Assembly (NCBI GenBank): GCA_020348445.1
Contig: CP070751.1
Location: 836,438 to 896,037, forward strand
DNA: 59,600 nucleotides
Direction: 5' to 3'
Origin: Thermoplasmata archaeon
GTDB lineage: Archaea > Thermoplasmatota > Thermoplasmata > GCA-020350865
The position numbers and the translations under genes are program-made. Below the pieces are notes generated by a model that had not been told where the DNA came from, ran no database searches, and worked only from the letters and a program-made list of their open reading frames with translations. Shown here one piece after another: positions 56,763 through 59,600 of this stretch (the first letter of the stretch is position 1; every line of letters begins with the position of its first letter).

Positions 56763-59600
56763 TTATGTCCTTTCAATTACACTGAATCGATTGTTGTTTC
56801 GTTCTTTGATCAAATTACTATCATTATGATCTGGAGGATCCTTTGGTTGTGATTTTAACTTCCTTTTCCTCCTCCAAACTGCAACAATCAGAATCATAAA
56901 TGTCAATGGAATTATTACCTCCTCGAACTCTGGAATAATGAAGTCGACATTGCAGGCGTTTGGTGATGATCCGTTTTCATTGCTCCTATCTATACCAAAT
57001 GGATCGGCGAAACCTGTGGCGTTCTCCCAATCCTCCGGTTCATCAGTGTCATTTTCGTTTTGATCGCGTCCGAGAGTTTGATTTTCAAAGAAGGAAGAAG
57101 AATCGATATAATCTCCAGCAGTCCAATGCCTCCAGGCGAAAGCGCTGTCATCATCTGCTCCAACATCAGCACCCCAAGCCACATAGTCAATGATATAACC
57201 ATTATTGTCGTACAACGCGAGGTCATCGGTTTCTTCCAGCATGAAAAGCTGTTGGGGTGTTGTAACTGTGTAATTTATAATCAACTTTGGACGCACTGCA
57301 TGATCATCTGCATTATCACTGGTTCTGAAAAACTGCCAGCCCGCTTCGTCGTTACCCAATAAAATCATACCATAATTTGGAAATATCCCATCCTTCCATC
57401 CGTCGATCAATCCTGTTATATTCCATTTGTACCATCCATTTGTGGATGGGAAGACCTCTGTGTAATCGTATATATCAGGATTGAAATCACCGCCTGCGTT
57501 GTACCAATTATTTGAACCATCATATGCGTTCCAGGTAGCTGAATGTTCTTCCCAGCTCTGAATCATTCTGCAGGCACTGATATTTGCACTGTAAGTGCTA
57601 CTACCATCATATCTATACATCCAGAGATTGGCATCGATTATATTATTTGATGTAAATCCTGATAAATCGAATTTTAATACACCATGTGCATCGCCTGTGG
57701 CGCTATCCCAGTCCTCAATATGCATCCAGTAACCATAGCCATAGTTCTGGGCTGGATTATCGATATCAAGTGTTGTTTCCTCACAGTTTGCCGGTCCTGG
57801 CTGGAGTGTAATGGAGGTGATGGTGTTGTCCGAAACAATGGGTCCATAAACATTAGTGGAGCTGTTGGTACCCGATTCTGCAAGATGACATACAAGGTAT
57901 TCTCCAGAGGCTATTTCGCCTGCACCTGTTAAATAAAACTTGTTGCCATCGTTATCTGTGATATACCAACCCGAAACATTTATCGCTTCATTTCCTCCAT
58001 TGTAAACCTCAACCCATTCATATTCAGGTGAGGCCCCCGATGACTCCTCATTTCCCACACTTATAAACGTGCTCGTGTTGTGCTGGCAGTTATAGGTTGT
58101 ATTGAGCCATGCATCTGAACGGACGATATTGGAAATTCTTATTTCGTCGAGTTTTCCATCCCATTCTTCCCAATCATGCGTTCCGAAGTTCAAATCCACT
58201 GAGGTCCCCACAATTGCTCCTGCACTTGATGCACTGTCAACTTCACTACCATTTATAAACAATTTTGTAACATCACCACTGCTATTATAGGTTCCTGCTG
58301 CATAATACCATGAACCAACTGCAACATTACTTATATCCCACTGTGCAGGAGCCCAATCTCCAAAATCGGAGAAGAACATGAAGCCATTAAAACTGCTGCC
58401 GTCATTCCTGTATAAACACATGATGTAACCGTCATTCCAGGAATTATCAGATTTTGAAATCGCACTTAAGAAATCATCATCAGAAGGAAGTAAAACATCA
58501 GTGGACCACCAGCACTCCACAGTGATGCTGCTCGGCTCCAGAGCAGAATCATCTGGGATATTCACACTATTATTATAGGTACCGTTGTATTCACTACCAC
58601 CGGCTATTTTTCCATTAGAATCCAAGGATAAATCACCATATGTTGTCGCATCGAAATCATTTGAAGTTGAATCATAAATAGTCCCGTAAGTCTCACCCAG
58701 GTGCCAAACTCCCACATAAGCGCTGTCCCACACACCTTCTGGATTCGCTATGGAAAAGCAATTTGGTTTGCCATAATGCATATAGATATAAGTGTCCGAT
58801 GAAGATGATAGAGAAGTGATATTCACCCATGCTACCAGTTCACCGGCGGTGCTCTCATAGCTCTCGATTTCATGGTTTAGTCTGGTTGTGCCATCCGATT
58901 TTGTGAAGTAGATATCATTTCCCTCGATATTGGCTTTATTGGCAAGATCTGAATCTGTAATACTGATTAGCACCGGGAAATATGTGAGGTCCGACTCAAC
59001 CTGTGAGGAATTGATCGTGATATTCTTCTTATACAGCCAGGCATCATTAAGAAATTCTTCATCACTTACTGTGTAGAATGAAGCTGTGTCGTTCTGGTTG
59101 TTATATTCTGTTGCTATCCAATCCGCGGACCGCGTAAAATTGGATACTCGAACTTCATCGATGCTACCATTCCATGGATAACTCCAGGTTTGGCCTACCG
59201 AATTATCTCCATGGCCTATCCAGAAGTCATTTGTAGATTTTTCGAGGTCATCAGATTTATCCTGTTCATTGGTATTTTTTACACCATTTACGTAAATAAA
59301 CATTTTCGAACCGTTATAGATACCAACTACATGAACCCAGGAATAGGTTTGAAGATCATTATCTGATGCAACCCAATATGAATCCTCAGGGAGATGTAAA
59401 TACAATGCATTATTTGTATCCCTAATAACCATACGATAACCTTCTGCCCACCCGCTATGGCTCATTATACCAATATAATGATCTGGATCGTATCCTTCGA
59501 AATTTATCCAAGCTTCCAATGTAATTTGAGCACCACCCATATCCAAACTCGTATCATATCCACAATCGATATAGTCATCCTCTCCGTCAAAATCTTGACC
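56763..59600 (-). CDS. C-terminal part of another giant surface protein (LamG, DUF2341-LamG, lamin-tail-like, DNRLRE, IPEF-CTERM); 5' end outside the window
   Basis: Frame stays open from 59546 to the window edge (GQDFDGEDDYIDCGYDTSLDMGG...). Tail IIPEFEEVIIPLTFMILIVAVWRRKRK. Confidence 0.88.
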   Translation of the reverse strand, partial: GQDFDGEDDYIDCGYDTSLDMGGAQITLEAWINFEGYDPDHYIGIMSHSGWAEGYRMVIRDTNNALYLHLPEDSYWVASDNDLQTYSWVHVVGIYNGSKMFIYVNGVKNTNEQDKSDDLEKSTNDFWIGHGDNSVGQTWSYPWNGSIDEVRVSNFTRSADWIATEYNNQNDTASFYTVSDEEFLNDAWLYKKNITINSSQVESDLTYFPVLISITDSDLANKANIEGNDIYFTKSDGTTRLNHEIESYESTAGELVAWVNITSLSSSSDTYIYMHYGKPNCFSIANPEGVWDSAYVGVWHLGETYGTIYDSTSNDFDATTYGDLSLDSNGKIAGGSEYNGTYNNSVNIPDDSALEPSSITVECWWSTDVLLPSDDDFLSAISKSDNSWNDGYIMCLYRNDGSSFNGFMFFSDFGDWAPAQWDISNVAVGSWYYAAGTYNSSGDVTKLFINGSEVDSASSAGAIVGTSVDLNFGTHDWEEWDGKLDEIRISNIVRSDAWLNTTYNCQHNTSTFISVGNEESSGASPEYEWVEVYNGGNEAINVSGWYITDNDGNKFYLTGAGEIASGEYLVCHLAESGTNSSTNVYGPIVSDNTITSITLQPGPANCEETTLDIDNPAQNYGYGYWMHIEDWDSATGDAHGVLKFDLSGFTSNNIIDANLWMYRYDGSSTYSANISACRMIQSWEEHSATWNAYDGSNNWYNAGGDFNPDIYDYTEVFPSTNGWYKWNITGLIDGWKDGIFPNYGMILLGNDEAGWQFFRTSDNADDHAVRPKLIINYTVTTPQQLFMLEETDDLALYDNNGYIIDYVAWGADVGADDDSAFAWRHWTAGDYIDSSSFFENQTLGRDQNENDTDEPEDWENATGFADPFGIDRSNENGSSPNACNVDFIIPEFEEVIIPLTFMILIVAVWRRKRKLKSQPKDPPDHNDSNLIKERNNNRFSVIERT

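Noticed and set aside
2372-58290. Many short antisense or out-of-frame ORFs in the track (e.g. 2372-2800, 7472-8095, 12124-12624, 28362-28847, 29013-29609, 35871-36422, 42414-42995)
   Set aside because: They overlap well-supported genes and their composition mirrors the antisense reading of repetitive or acidic coding sequence.

Overview
Archaeal window, most likely from an uncultured Thermoplasmata-type genome. This is inferred from Tsr3, an HPS-RraA fusion, AbrB-PhoU, DUF835, a KaiC/RAD55-like domain, PEF-CTERM tails and GGTG/GGAG-type ribosome-binding sites. It is dominated by cell-surface genes. (1) 1-7 kb: three tandem secreted proteins (two beta-helix, one PQQ-like propeller) share a C-terminal 'GWN' domain. 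The two complete genes are each followed by a conserved structured element at an identical distance from the stop codon. (2) 7-15 kb: DUF4332 with an inserted CBS pair, an ABC-2 pair, a Zn-ribbon/TPR protein, HPS-RraA, an ArnT/PMT-like glycosyltransferase and tsr3. (3) 15-25 kb: a 3138-aa cadherin-like surface protein with a TM helix and a cytoplasmic DUF835 domain. (4) 25-33 kb: metallophosphoesterase, PhoU regulator, SecB-like protein, a degenerate KaiC-like coiled-coil protein, a PKD lipoprotein and three winged-HTH paralogs with a 13-bp-period operator-like repeat. (5) 33-59.6 kb: an operon-like array of giant paralogs (1054, 2092, 4370 aa, plus one running off the window). The three complete ones are built as cytoplasmic Zn-ribbon array + (GLTN)n repeat + TM + constant core + variable cargo + PEF-CTERM, and the cargo of two is a 7-bladed integrin-alpha-like propeller with nested inserts. 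A Roadblock/LC7 gene is translationally coupled inside the array. Block 5, with the Zn-ribbon/KaiC/DUF835/TPR partners, is the best candidate for an undescribed transmembrane adhesion-signalling system. No rRNA, tRNA, CRISPR array, transposase or integrase was recognised. All domain calls are by eye from motifs; no database searches were run.
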